Both the position numbers and the translations under genes were made by a program. The notes beneath the pieces are model-generated. The model ran no database searches, had not been told where the DNA came from, and worked only from the letters and a program-made list of their open reading frames with translations. From positions 1 to 63,606 of the forward strand of contig JBBCKI010000047.1 in NCBI GenBank assembly GCA_037190965.1: a stretch of 63,606 nt of DNA, written 5' to 3'. Origin of the DNA: Chthoniobacteraceae bacterium. GTDB lineage: Bacteria; Verrucomicrobiota; Verrucomicrobiia; Chthoniobacterales; Chthoniobacteraceae. Shown piece after piece: positions 46,948-56,083 of this stretch (position 1 is its first letter; each line of letters opens with the position of its first letter).

Positions 46948-49900
46948 GGGATGAAGGTGGTCGATTTCAAGGTGCGGATTTTGTAAAAATCCTCGGCGGT
47001 GGCGGAGGGGTCCGTTGCGAAATCGGGGAGGTTTGAGCTGCCGGTGCCGATATAGCGTTCCACCGTCGTAGCCCCGCGATATTCCCCTCCCACCTGGTCT
47101 CTTCCTTCCACCCATTGGTTCACCGGTGTGCTTGGGACTTTCTTGAGCGCCTGCACGCGCACGTGAATGGTATAGGTATTCGACTTGGTAGTCAGCCGGG
47201 GATAGAGATCGCCATAAGGTCTTTCTCTCACGTTGTCGCCGGTAAGCTGGAAGCCCTTGCCGCCGGGGCCGCCGGTTTTCCACCAGGTCGCAACCGTGCT
47301 ATAGGTCGGTTCGGTAATTGTCGAAGCATAGTTCTTGCCGGCAATCTTTCTGGGCACCAGGTAAATCCCGCAAATTTCGGAGGCCGACCGAAAGATATCT
47401 CCCGCTTGGAAGCGGCGCTCGAAGCCTTCAAGGGTTCCGCCGCTTTCTTTTGGGTTGATCTCATAGCGGAGTTCGAACGGATGAGCCAACCCCTCCTTGT
47501 AGGCGCGTTCCGAACCGGAGACGGCGGTCGAGGCCGTCGTGGGAATCGCCATCATGCGCGTTGATTTGAGCACGGCCTGCACCCCCGTGCTGCGGGTGAT
47601 ATAGGTAAAAGGCATGATCTGGTAGTTCATGTTGATCTTCCCCGCCGTGGAGAAGGGTTCGCTGATTGCATAGGGCTCCACAATAGGCATGTGGAAAAGA
47701 TCGAGCATCAGGTGATCAGGCGGCGTGGTATAAGGCGGGCCGGAGGCGGGATTTCCGAGGCCCGGATGACCGGAACCTGCCGCCGGATTGGCGGCGAAAA
47801 GCAACGTTTGCCATGGTTTCTGGTTGTCGGCATTGGCGGGATCGATGCCCGTCGGGAGCGAGCCGAACATAACGGCGGAGGAGACTTGCCGATTGGGGGA
47901 GAAGGTGACTTCGGTGGTGGCCCGGTAATCCGATCCTTGGTTGTAGCGATTGAGCCCTCGTGAATAGTAGCCCCCGGTCATGGTGCCGCTTGTCACGGCA
48001 CCGCCGATGCTGGTGAAATTGCTGGCGGTATCGCTGTTGCCCTCATCGGGTTTGTTGACGTAGGGGCCGTCTTCGATCGTGCCGGTCATGTTATCCCAGT
48101 CACCGGGCGCTCCGTTGGAATTGAGCGCGGCAGTCAGCCCTTTTGGGACGGCGGGATTGCTTCCAATCCGGTATTCGCCTGCGCCGCTTCCCATGTAGCC
48201 CGAGAGCAGCGTTTGCGGGATGAGGAAGCCGGAGACCGTCGCCGTGCTCATGCGGAGATTGGTGTCGGCGCTCGCATGGGAGTCGATGTCATAAGAGTTT
48301 CCGAGGCCCTCCGCAGTGGCATCGTAGCCAAACTGGGGGTCGGAGCTGTAAGCGCCATCCCGCAAGCTGTGGGAAAAGCGAATCGCCGGGTTTTGATACC
48401 CCTCCGAAGGCTGAAAGTAGGTGCTGGGAACCACCTTGAGCGCCGCATAGACCCGGAGATCCCCTCCGGCGGGACCGTCGGGCCGCGCCTCGACACTGCG
48501 GACGACGTCCTTGGTGTCGTCCTGCCTCATGATCAGCCGAAGGCGGAACTCCTTGTCCGTATTTTTATTGGGCGCGGCGGCGCTGCCGAGGCGCGTGTTG
48601 AAGTCATGGAAGCCTGCCCCCGGCTGGGTCGTCGGAATGGGGAGCCCTTTGGCTTCGGGGAAGTGCATATGGATTGTCTGCAGTAGCGCACCCGGGGATG
48701 CGCCGGCCCCGGCATGAATTTGGATAGTGATGTCGCCGCCGCTGAAGTCGAACGTGGTCGCGTCCATCGGCACTTCCACCGCGCTGCTCACAAAAGGATA
48801 GTGGATCTTGGGGTCCGGCGTGGCTCCCGAGGCGGGAATCGATTTTGTGCCATCGGTTCCATCGACTCCCAGGCCCACGTTGGCGGCATAGCGAAAGGCC
48901 GCTTTCAGGCCAAGAAAGGCGGTCGTATTCCCTGCGGTGTTGTTATTGTACCCCGAAAAGCCAACCCTGCCTGTCACCCAGTTATCGGCAGGCTCCGGAA
49001 AGCCAAGCGGTGCATAGACCTGACTGGGGGCCTGCCCCCCGTCGGTATTCACGCCGATCCGGAACGGAGCCGCGCTTGGCGGGTTGAGGCCGCTGATCAC
49101 GTAATGAACATTCGGACTCCACGTGGGAAGCCCCGGGGAAGGGGTGAACGGTTCGAGAATAATCAAAGCCCGGATCTGCGGTGGCAGGGGCGCGTTATTT
49201 TTATCGATCGTAGGATTGGAACGATAGAAGACGACCGCGGCTTCCGTGATGGTGGCAAAGCGGCCGAAGCCCCGTGTTCCATTCCCCGGCTCCAAAGGAA
49301 CGACCTGCCCTTCTCCCGGGTCGCCCTGTTTTGGGGCATAGTTGTAGGAAGGATCTCCCGGGGCGATCGGAGTGCCGTACGAGTTGATGCCACTGCGCAT
49401 CATGTCGAGCATCTCGGTGAGCACTTGTTTGCGCGTGTTCGGATACTTCGCGTCGAATCGTCCTCCAAGGCCGGGAATGGATTGAGAGGTGAGCCGGTCG
49501 AGGTAGCCGTAAAGCTGCTGGTTGCGCGAGACGTTGTTCCAGTCCATGGCCGGGTCCTGGCTGGAGGAGGGCTGGCTCGAACCGTAGGCGCTGTACCGCT
49601 GGAAATAGTATGGCATTCCCCCAATTTCGGAGCAGAACGCGATCAGCCGGTCTTTGGCATTGCGCTCCGTTTTATTGCTCTGGAGAGGCCACAGGGTCAT
49701 TCTCGGCTGGCCGAAGAGATTGATCTCCGGGGCCCGGCTTTGGGCGGTGATGAAAAATTTCGCTTTCTGCAGAACCGTATGATCGATGGCCCCGAGATTC
49801 GTCTCGCGGAGGCTTGGGTCGGCGGTGGTGGCTTTGAAGAGGAGTTCGTCGGTGGACGCGTAGAGGCGATCCCCGTCGGGTTCGATCGGGCTGGAGAAGC

Positions 49901-50927
49901 CGCTGGCCGCGTTGTTAATCGTGCCACCCTCCGTGCCGCCATGCCGGATGCGCGGAGCGAGATCGTAATAGGTTTTGAGCGTGGTGCCGGAGGGCAGGAG
50001 CGGGCCGAAGACGGTGCTGAGGCTGGTCATCGCCGGATGCCCCGGATATCGCTGGAACTCGTTTTGCGCCGGGATGGAGGTGGAGAACTTCTGCTCCGTG
50101 GCGGTATTCGCCCAGGGGCGATCCCAGAAGGTTCCCTCCGAGGCGGTATTGAGGTTGACCTTGCTGGTTTCGTCGTCCGTCCAGAAAGCGATGCGGCCGA
50201 CGATCGGGTTTGCTTTTGAAGGAACGTTGACCCCAAAGGTCACGACGTTGTTGCTGCTGCTCACGGGAACGGCGAGCTTGCCATCCTGCAAGACGTAGAG
50301 CCAGCGCAGCGGCATCGGCAGCCGTTGATCATCGGCTGCACCGCCCGGAAGCACAACGCCGCCCACAGCGGCCTTGTAGTCGAACCCTTCCACGCTCTGG
50401 GCTGCATTGGCGGCCTTTGCGCGCGGGTCGACGACCGGAAAGTAGAGGTTGCCCTGTTCGCGCCGCACGGGGCTGTTGAGATCGGTAAACAGGCCCGCCT
50501 TGGCGGCGGTGTTCCAATCCGGATCGGGCAGTTCCGCGGCAAGATCGAAGGAGGTGCCGCTGACGATCAACGGGTTGGAAGAATAGAGCTTATAGTATTT
50601 GCCTGGCTTGCCGTCGGTGCCGTAGGTGCGAATCATCCCGGGTTGGGAAGCCCAGGCGAGCAGACCGCTTTGATCCTTGCCCCGGGTCGCTTCGGTAATC
50701 TGGCCAATGGCGAGTTGCACTGCGGAATCGGCGAGCTGTTTGACGGCGCCTTCGTTCGAATAGTTTGCCGCCGAGTTCGATTCGGTGGCGATGCTGGCAA
50801 AAAAAGCAACGATGAGAACCGAAATGAGGACCAGAAAGGAAAGCACGATGACGAGCACGACGCCGCGACGGCGGGCTCCGGCCAAGCCGGCTTGCGCGAA
50901 GGATGAACGGTATGGGAAAGGGCTCAT
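46944..50927 (-). CDS. Verru_Chthon cassette protein A (large GspK/PilX-like protein)
   Basis: RRG|VVLVIVL (no Glu5), WASQPGMIRTY, NPIVGRIAFWTDDETSKVNLNTASEG, QNEFQRYPGHPA, FSPNRQVSSAVMFGSLP, EPYAISEPFSTAGKINMN, YPRLTTKSNTY. Confidence 0.92.
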   Translation of the reverse strand: MSPFPYRSSFAQAGLAGARRRGVVLVIVLSFLVLISVLIVAFFASIATESNSAANYSNEGAVKQLADSAVQLAIGQITEATRGKDQSGLLAWASQPGMIRTYGTDGKPGKYYKLYSSNPLIVSGTSFDLAAELPDPDWNTAAKAGLFTDLNSPVRREQGNLYFPVVDPRAKAANAAQSVEGFDYKAAVGGVVLPGGAADDQRLPMPLRWLYVLQDGKLAVPVSSSNNVVTFGVNVPSKANPIVGRIAFWTDDETSKVNLNTASEGTFWDRPWANTATEQKFSTSIPAQNEFQRYPGHPAMTSLSTVFGPLLPSGTTLKTYYDLAPRIRHGGTEGGTINNAASGFSSPIEPDGDRLYASTDELLFKATTADPSLRETNLGAIDHTVLQKAKFFITAQSRAPEINLFGQPRMTLWPLQSNKTERNAKDRLIAFCSEIGGMPYYFQRYSAYGSSQPSSSQDPAMDWNNVSRNQQLYGYLDRLTSQSIPGLGGRFDAKYPNTRKQVLTEMLDMMRSGINSYGTPIAPGDPSYNYAPKQGDPGEGQVVPLEPGNGTRGFGRFATITEAAVVFYRSNPTIDKNNAPLPPQIRALIILEPFTPSPGLPTWSPNVHYVISGLNPPSAAPFRIGVNTDGGQAPSQVYAPLGFPEPADNWVTGRVGFSGYNNNTAGNTTAFLGLKAAFRYAANVGLGVDGTDGTKSIPASGATPDPKIHYPFVSSAVEVPMDATTFDFSGGDITIQIHAGAGASPGALLQTIHMHFPEAKGLPIPTTQPGAGFHDFNTRLGSAAAPNKNTDKEFRLRLIMRQDDTKDVVRSVEARPDGPAGGDLRVYAALKVVPSTYFQPSEGYQNPAIRFSHSLRDGAYSSDPQFGYDATAEGLGNSYDIDSHASADTNLRMSTATVSGFLIPQTLLSGYMGSGAGEYRIGSNPAVPKGLTAALNSNGAPGDWDNMTGTIEDGPYVNKPDEGNSDTASNFTSIGGAVTSGTMTGGYYSRGLNRYNQGSDYRATTEVTFSPNRQVSSAVMFGSLPTGIDPANADNQKPWQTLLFAANPAAGSGHPGLGNPASGPPYTTPPDHLMLDLFHMPIVEPYAISEPFSTAGKINMNYQIMPFTYITRSTGVQAVLKSTRMMAIPTTASTAVSGSERAYKEGLAHPFELRYEINPKESGGTLEGFERRFQAGDIFRSASEICGIYLVPRKIAGKNYASTITEPTYSTVATWWKTGGPGGKGFQLTGDNVRERPYGDLYPRLTTKSNTYTIHVRVQALKKVPSTPVNQWVEGRDQVGGEYRGATTVERYIGTGSSNLPDFATDPSATAEDFYKIRTLKSTTFIP

Positions 50928-50928
50928 G

Positions 50929-52029
50929 CTAGCTTTGAGGCTCGGTGCTCCATTTCGCACCTTGGATCTGGACGTTGGTGGAGAAAACACGGTAGCCGAT
51001 GCGTCTGGAGATCAGCGTTCCCTCCAGGGTCTGGAGGTCCTCTTTAAAGCGGGCTGGTTCCTGAAACAGGGCGCTGAGCCCGAGATCGGGCATGGTAGCA
51101 TTCTCGTGCAGGCGTCGCGCCGAGGTGTCGTCGATGACGACCATCGTGACCTGCACGACGGGGGGAAGCTGGTTGCGGGAGTTGAGCCGGGCATCTGACT
51201 TTTCGACCGTGGAGTCGTAGAGATACCCCGGGGAAAGCGCCACACCGCCCGGATCCTGATCCGGCGTCAGGCGAGGGAGAATGACCAGCGCGATCACGTT
51301 TTCGGCAAGCACATGGACCGGGCGGTCCGCGCCGCTTTTCTTCAGCGGATCAGTGAACCACTGGCGGCCTGTATAGCTTGCGCTGAGCGGCTTTTTGTTT
51401 TGGTCGAGGCCCGAGGTATGGCGATAAATCGAAAGCGCATTGGTCGGCTCAATCAATTCACACAGGCGGAAGCGGTATTGCGGGGCGAGAAGCGCCGGGG
51501 TGATGATGCCGGGGCGGTAGGCCAGGTCATCGCCGAATTCGATGAAGTAGCCGAACATATTGAGCAGCGATTGAAGGCCCGCAGAATTGGCCGTCCCGGG
51601 TTCCGAAGCACCCAAGGGGGCCTGGAAGAAAAGACCGTGGCCCAGCCAGGTTTTTCCGGCGGGCGCAGTTCCCGCCAGTTCCGCCATCGGCCCGCTCAGA
51701 AAGCGAAGTTCCGATTGGCGAACGTAGGCGGCGGGAGCCAGGGGGTTATCATAGTCCAGGTAAGTATTCAGTGTCGCTTTGCCGAGGCGGCGCGTGATGG
51801 ATTCGAAAGCTCCGCGTCCTTTCTGGATCTGGTCGATTTTCCCGCTGGTGGAACGCCACAGCGTGGTGACCTGGTTTGTCATCGACAGGAGCACGATCAA
51901 AAGCATGGCTACAACCGCCAGAGAGACGAGCATCTCCACCAGCGTGAAAGCGGCGATGCGGGAGCTGACATCCCACGGGGGGCGATCACTCCCCCCGCGA
52001 TGCGGCGTAGGCGAAGTACCTTGAAACAT
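50929..52029 (-). CDS. Verru_Chthon cassette protein C (GspJ/PilW-like prepilin)
   Basis: A|FTLVEML, AFESITRRLGKATLNTY, YVRQSELRF, FFQAPLG, LAENVIAL, NQLPPVVQVTMV, AKWS. Start uncertain. Confidence 0.9.
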   Translation of the reverse strand: MFQGTSPTPHRGGSDRPPWDVSSRIAAFTLVEMLVSLAVVAMLLIVLLSMTNQVTTLWRSTSGKIDQIQKGRGAFESITRRLGKATLNTYLDYDNPLAPAAYVRQSELRFLSGPMAELAGTAPAGKTWLGHGLFFQAPLGASEPGTANSAGLQSLLNMFGYFIEFGDDLAYRPGIITPALLAPQYRFRLCELIEPTNALSIYRHTSGLDQNKKPLSASYTGRQWFTDPLKKSGADRPVHVLAENVIALVILPRLTPDQDPGGVALSPGYLYDSTVEKSDARLNSRNQLPPVVQVTMVVIDDTSARRLHENATMPDLGLSALFQEPARFKEDLQTLEGTLISRRIGYRVFSTNVQIQGAKWSTEPQS

Positions 52030-52573
52030 AGATTCCTTGGGATGGTTGCTCGACGATTCTGCCGAGCGAATCGATCTGCAAAGGCTTGCGCCCGGGATTC
52101 CGGACGATCTCGATGACAATGGTGGCCATACCCGAGAGATCGCCGCCCAGGACCGGCGAGGGAACCTGTGCCACCGTGTTCACTTCGTAGAGGACCTGCG
52201 ACATCTCCTCTGGGGTGAGCGGGTCGAGAGAAGTCCCTTTCACGGTCCCCTGTTCATCAAAATAACGAAGCGGCTGCTTCTCCTGAAGTTTGAGGAACCC
52301 CGTCTGCCGCACGTCGGAGGCAACCTGCTGCAGAATTTGCGATTTGATGGAATTTTCCATCGCGCCGCGAAAGTTGGTCAGCCCCACGGGTACCAGTCCG
52401 AGGACGCTGACAAAGGCGAAGGCCACGATGCCGAGAGCGAGCGTGACTTCTACGAGGCTGAACGCGCGATGGCCACGGAGCTTGCGCTGGCGACGGCGGG
52501 AGACGACCGCAAGCGGCCGCAAGAATCGGAGGGGAGTCTTCACGGGACGGGGGGAACTTCGACTACGCTCCAT
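51986..52573 (-). CDS. Verru_Chthon cassette protein B (GspI/PilV-like prepilin)
   Basis: A|FSLVEVTLALGIVAFAF..LVPVGL, SQILQQ, RYFDEQG. Confidence 0.9.
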   Translation of the reverse strand: MERSRSSPRPVKTPLRFLRPLAVVSRRRQRKLRGHRAFSLVEVTLALGIVAFAFVSVLGLVPVGLTNFRGAMENSIKSQILQQVASDVRQTGFLKLQEKQPLRYFDEQGTVKGTSLDPLTPEEMSQVLYEVNTVAQVPSPVLGGDLSGMATIVIEIVRNPGRKPLQIDSLGRIVEQPSQGIYVSRYFAYAASRGE

Positions 52574-52611
52574 AGTAAAGCAAATGGGAATGGATAGGTA
52601 AAGTCGTCATT

Positions 52612-52900
52612 CAAAAAACTTTCGAAATTTTGCGAAATTTTGCAAAGCTTCGAAAACCTCCAAAGAAAGGAAGGCAAACGAGGGAATATGATCTCGGCAG
52701 TCCCTATGATTGAGGATTCGATATGGGCTGATTTTCAGGAAGTTTCTGAGAAACCGGACGCGATTGGCATCGCTCCAAGCGAGGCTGTCGCGGAAGATCC
52801 TGAGGGCATTTTTTGCCTCGCTGCCGCTGCAGGCTAGCCGGCTTCGCAGGTTGATTTTCGAAAACGAGACGAAAATTCTGATTGCAATATTTCGGAAATA
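52612..52900. promoter_or_regulatory. Motif-2 operator-like arrays in the divergent cassette/SSS spacer
   Basis: TTTCGAAATTTTGCGAAATTTTGCAAAGCTTCGAAAA (52620-52656); TTTTCGAAAA palindrome (52855-52864); TATTTC-G-GAAATA (52888-52900). Confidence 0.65.
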
Positions 52901-53021
52901 AAGACAGAGCTTTTGCAGGCCGGGCAGGGAACCTTTCAGCGCGTCTCCCCCGACGAGAGGGCCAAGCCTTCTTTTCCCCGCCCGGCAATTCGCCTCGCTT
53001 ACCAATCAATTTCCCCCCCGA

Positions 53022-55079
53022 ATGAATCTGACTCTCCTCGATTTTGTGGTGATCGCGGTGCCGCTCATCCTAGTGATCGGTGTCTCCCTCTTCATGAAAC
53101 GGTATATGAGGAGCGTGGCTGATTTTCTGGCAGCCAACCGTTGCGCGGGACGTTATCTGATCTGCACTGCGATGGACGCCACCGGCGGAGGGGTGATCCT
53201 GCTGCTCATTAGCATGGAGGTCTTCTCGAAGGTCGGCTTTTCGCTCGTCTTCTGGAGTAAATCGGCGGAGGTCGTGACTTTTTTTCTGGGGATGCTCGGG
53301 TTGGTGACCTACCGCTTTCGCGAGACGCGGGCACTTACTTTTCACCAGTTCTTCGAGATCCGTTACAGCAAAGGGATCCGGGTTTTTGCCAGCGGGCTCA
53401 ATGTCTTTTCGGGGTTATTCAATTTTGGCGTCCAGCCTGCCGTCGGGGCGCGGTTCTTCGTCTACTTCTGCGGAATGCCGGAAGTCTTCGAATTGGCAGG
53501 AATGAAGCTGCCGACCTTTGCGGTGGTGATGGTGATCCTCATGGGGGTCTCGCTTTTTTTCGCCCTGACGGGCGGGCAAATCAGCGTGATGGTGACGGAC
53601 TGTCTGGAGGGTCTGATCTCCTCGCTTTTCTACCTGGTCGTCGCGATCTTCCTGATCTGCACGCTCACGGGGACCGAGGTTCGCGAGGCCCTGCTTTCCG
53701 GAGCCGCGGGGACGTCCTATGTCGACCCCTTCGACATTGGCGCCCGTACTGACTTCAACGGCTGGTATGTCATCTTCGGTATTTTTCTGAGCGTCTATTT
53801 CTATCGAGGCAACGCGTGGACGCAGGGCTTCGCGGCGGCGGCGAAAACGGCTCATGAGGGACGCATGGCGCAGATTCTCGGGAATTGGCGCGGCATGAGT
53901 TACGCCGCAATGGGGACGCTCGTCTCTATCGCAGCCTTCACGGTTCTGACTCATCCCGACTTTTCCGCGCAGCAGGCCGTCGTGGAGGAAGGGGTGCGGG
54001 GGATTAGCGATCAGGCAATGCAAGGGCAACTGCGGCTGCCAATGGCGCTGGGGCTTTTGCTCGCTCCGGGCGTCAAGGGGGCGTTCTGCGCGGTGCTCCT
54101 CTTCGGGGTCATCGCTTCACAGGGGGTGCAGCTTCACGGCTACGGCTCGACAATTCTCCAGGACGTGGTGCTTCCGATCCGGAAACGGCCGCTCGATGCC
54201 AAGAGTCATATCCGGTGGTTGCGGCTGACGGTGATGGGTGTGGCGGCGTTCGCTTGCACATTCAGCTATTTCTTCAAGCCGGTGGAGTATCTGGTAATGG
54301 TGGTGACCCTGATCGGGGCGATCTACCTTGGCGGCATTGGCCTGGTTGCCTGGGGGGGCTTGTATTGGAATCGTGGAACCACGGCGGGGGCGTGGGTGGC
54401 GATGGGGATCGGCGCTGTGTTTGGCGTGCTTTTCAATCTTGTTCAGCAGCTATGGAAACCGCTGCATCCCACCATGCTTTCATGGTTTGGCGTTGAAAGC
54501 CCGGTGGGGCGTTTCCTGGCGGCATACCCTGATGCCAGCCCCTTGAACGGCCAGCAGTTCACTGTCGTGACGGCTGTGACGGCTGGGACGGCATATGTGA
54601 TCGTTTCGCTGCTCACCTCTCGCAAGCCTTTCAATATGGATGCAATGCTTCATCGTGGCGCCTATCGATTGGAGCCGGAGGAAGGGGCCGCCGCCATTCC
54701 GGCCAAGAGATCGTGGTTTGCGCGTCTGGTAAATATTGACGAGCAGTTTACGCGGGGCGACAAGGTGCTGACCGTCGCGACGGTCATCTGGACACTTCTC
54801 TGGAAGGTGGTGGCGCTGGGCGTGCTGCTCTGGACATTATTTGTGGGCCGCCTTTCGCCCGACTGGTGGTTCGACTATTCGATGATTACCGGCGTCTACG
54901 TGACGTTGGGGGTTGGCTGTATCACGACTGTCTGGTTTCTTTTTGGGGCAAGCCGCGATCTGAAGGATCTCTTTGCGGCCCTGCGCGCGGCAAAACGAAG
55001 TGACGCCGACGACGGAACGGTCATCGAAAACCTTCATGCCGAGGAAGCAACATCCAAAGAGCCTGCGACGGGTGCGTGA
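53022..55079 (+). CDS. Sodium:solute symporter (SSS family)
   Basis: DFLAANRCAGRY, RFRETRALTFHQFFEIRYS, GGQISVMVTD, GGLYW and many transmembrane segments. Confidence 0.9.
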   Translation: MNLTLLDFVVIAVPLILVIGVSLFMKRYMRSVADFLAANRCAGRYLICTAMDATGGGVILLLISMEVFSKVGFSLVFWSKSAEVVTFFLGMLGLVTYRFRETRALTFHQFFEIRYSKGIRVFASGLNVFSGLFNFGVQPAVGARFFVYFCGMPEVFELAGMKLPTFAVVMVILMGVSLFFALTGGQISVMVTDCLEGLISSLFYLVVAIFLICTLTGTEVREALLSGAAGTSYVDPFDIGARTDFNGWYVIFGIFLSVYFYRGNAWTQGFAAAAKTAHEGRMAQILGNWRGMSYAAMGTLVSIAAFTVLTHPDFSAQQAVVEEGVRGISDQAMQGQLRLPMALGLLLAPGVKGAFCAVLLFGVIASQGVQLHGYGSTILQDVVLPIRKRPLDAKSHIRWLRLTVMGVAAFACTFSYFFKPVEYLVMVVTLIGAIYLGGIGLVAWGGLYWNRGTTAGAWVAMGIGAVFGVLFNLVQQLWKPLHPTMLSWFGVESPVGRFLAAYPDASPLNGQQFTVVTAVTAGTAYVIVSLLTSRKPFNMDAMLHRGAYRLEPEEGAAAIPAKRSWFARLVNIDEQFTRGDKVLTVATVIWTLLWKVVALGVLLWTLFVGRLSPDWWFDYSMITGVYVTLGVGCITTVWFLFGASRDLKDLFAALRAAKRSDADDGTVIENLHAEEATSKEPATGA

Positions 55080-55269
55080 TCGCCGCTGATCAGGCGTTCG
55101 ATCGATTCCGGAAAGCGGGAAATCCATTTTACACGCGGAAGCGGGAGAGGAGCCGATTTTGCTGCGGCTATGGTTCACTCTTCCCAATCTCTGTGGCGCC
55201 AGGGCTGGCAGCCGCGCGGGCCTGTGCCGCGGTTCAACCTTCACCGGGCGTTCACTGCCCGTGCTTGCC

Positions 55270-55860
55270 ATGGATAAGCGCACCACGGACGGTTTCACGG
55301 GCCGAATCGGCCGAATCGAGGAACTGATCCGTGTCCTTGATGGGAGTGCCGACAAAAGCGTTCGCTCGAATGCCGGCGAACTGGTGCGGGCTTTGCTGGA
55401 AATCCACGCGGCAGGAATGGAGCGGATGCTCGAAATTGTGGACGCAGCGGGCGCAGCCGGAGAAGCCGCCATTGCTGAGATGACCGCCGATGATCTCGTA
55501 TCGAACCTGATGTTGTTGCATGGCCTGCATCCGGTCGCATTGGAGACACGGGTGAGGCGCGCGCTTGATAGCGTTCGTCCACGGCTCGGATTGCATGGGG
55601 GAAACGTCGAACTGCTCGATGTGACGGAAAACGGTGAAATCCGGCTTCGATTGCAGGGGAATTGCCACGGCTGCCCCTCTTCTCAGGTTACGCTGAAATA
55701 TTTGATCGAAGAGGCCATTTATGCCGCGGCTCCCGATGCAAGCGGGATTGAAGTGGAAGGGGCAATCGGTGGCATAGCCGCAACGGAGAGAACCGTTCCG
55801 AAGTTTGCCGAATGCCCCCTACCGCAGGAAATAGATTCCATACCGAAGCAAGCCGTATGA
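55270..55860 (+). CDS. NifU-like (Nfu domain) protein of the group 1h hydrogenase cluster
   Basis: LLHGLHP, ALDSVRP.L..HGGNVEL, LQGNCHGCPSS (CxxC). Confidence 0.85.
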   Translation: MDKRTTDGFTGRIGRIEELIRVLDGSADKSVRSNAGELVRALLEIHAAGMERMLEIVDAAGAAGEAAIAEMTADDLVSNLMLLHGLHPVALETRVRRALDSVRPRLGLHGGNVELLDVTENGEIRLRLQGNCHGCPSSQVTLKYLIEEAIYAAAPDASGIEVEGAIGGIAATERTVPKFAECPLPQEIDSIPKQAV

Positions 55861-56048
55861 AAAAGCCGACTGAACCTGTGCATGTGCCCGGAACCATGAA
55901 GGGCGAGGAAATGGTTCTCCGCAAAGGCCGCGAGCCGGGACGGAGCACGAGAGCGAAAGCATACCGAAGCGCGCGCGATTCCACGGGAATCCGGGCGCGA
56001 AGCATGGGACCGATCGACCGGCGAATGCCGCAGATTCCCCCGGCTTAG
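55857..56048 (+). CDS. Small hypothetical protein in the hydrogenase operon
   Basis: ATGA-coupled to the nfu gene; HVPG..KGE, RSARDSTGI, PIDRRMP..PPA looks coding. Confidence 0.65.
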   Translation: MKKPTEPVHVPGTMKGEEMVLRKGREPGRSTRAKAYRSARDSTGIRARSMGPIDRRMPQIPPA

Positions 56049-56083
56049 ATTCAAGGGCGAGCCTTCCTCACCCCCGTGCGCCT

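Noticed and set aside
52612..52656. AT-rich tandem units as a CRISPR array or replication origin
   Set aside because: No repeat-spacer structure, cas genes, rep gene or DnaA-box cluster; better explained as operator arrays.
55080..55269. Sigma54 promoter or riboswitch upstream of the hydrogenase cluster
   Set aside because: No convincing TGGCAC-N5-TTGC match and no recognisable riboswitch consensus by eye.
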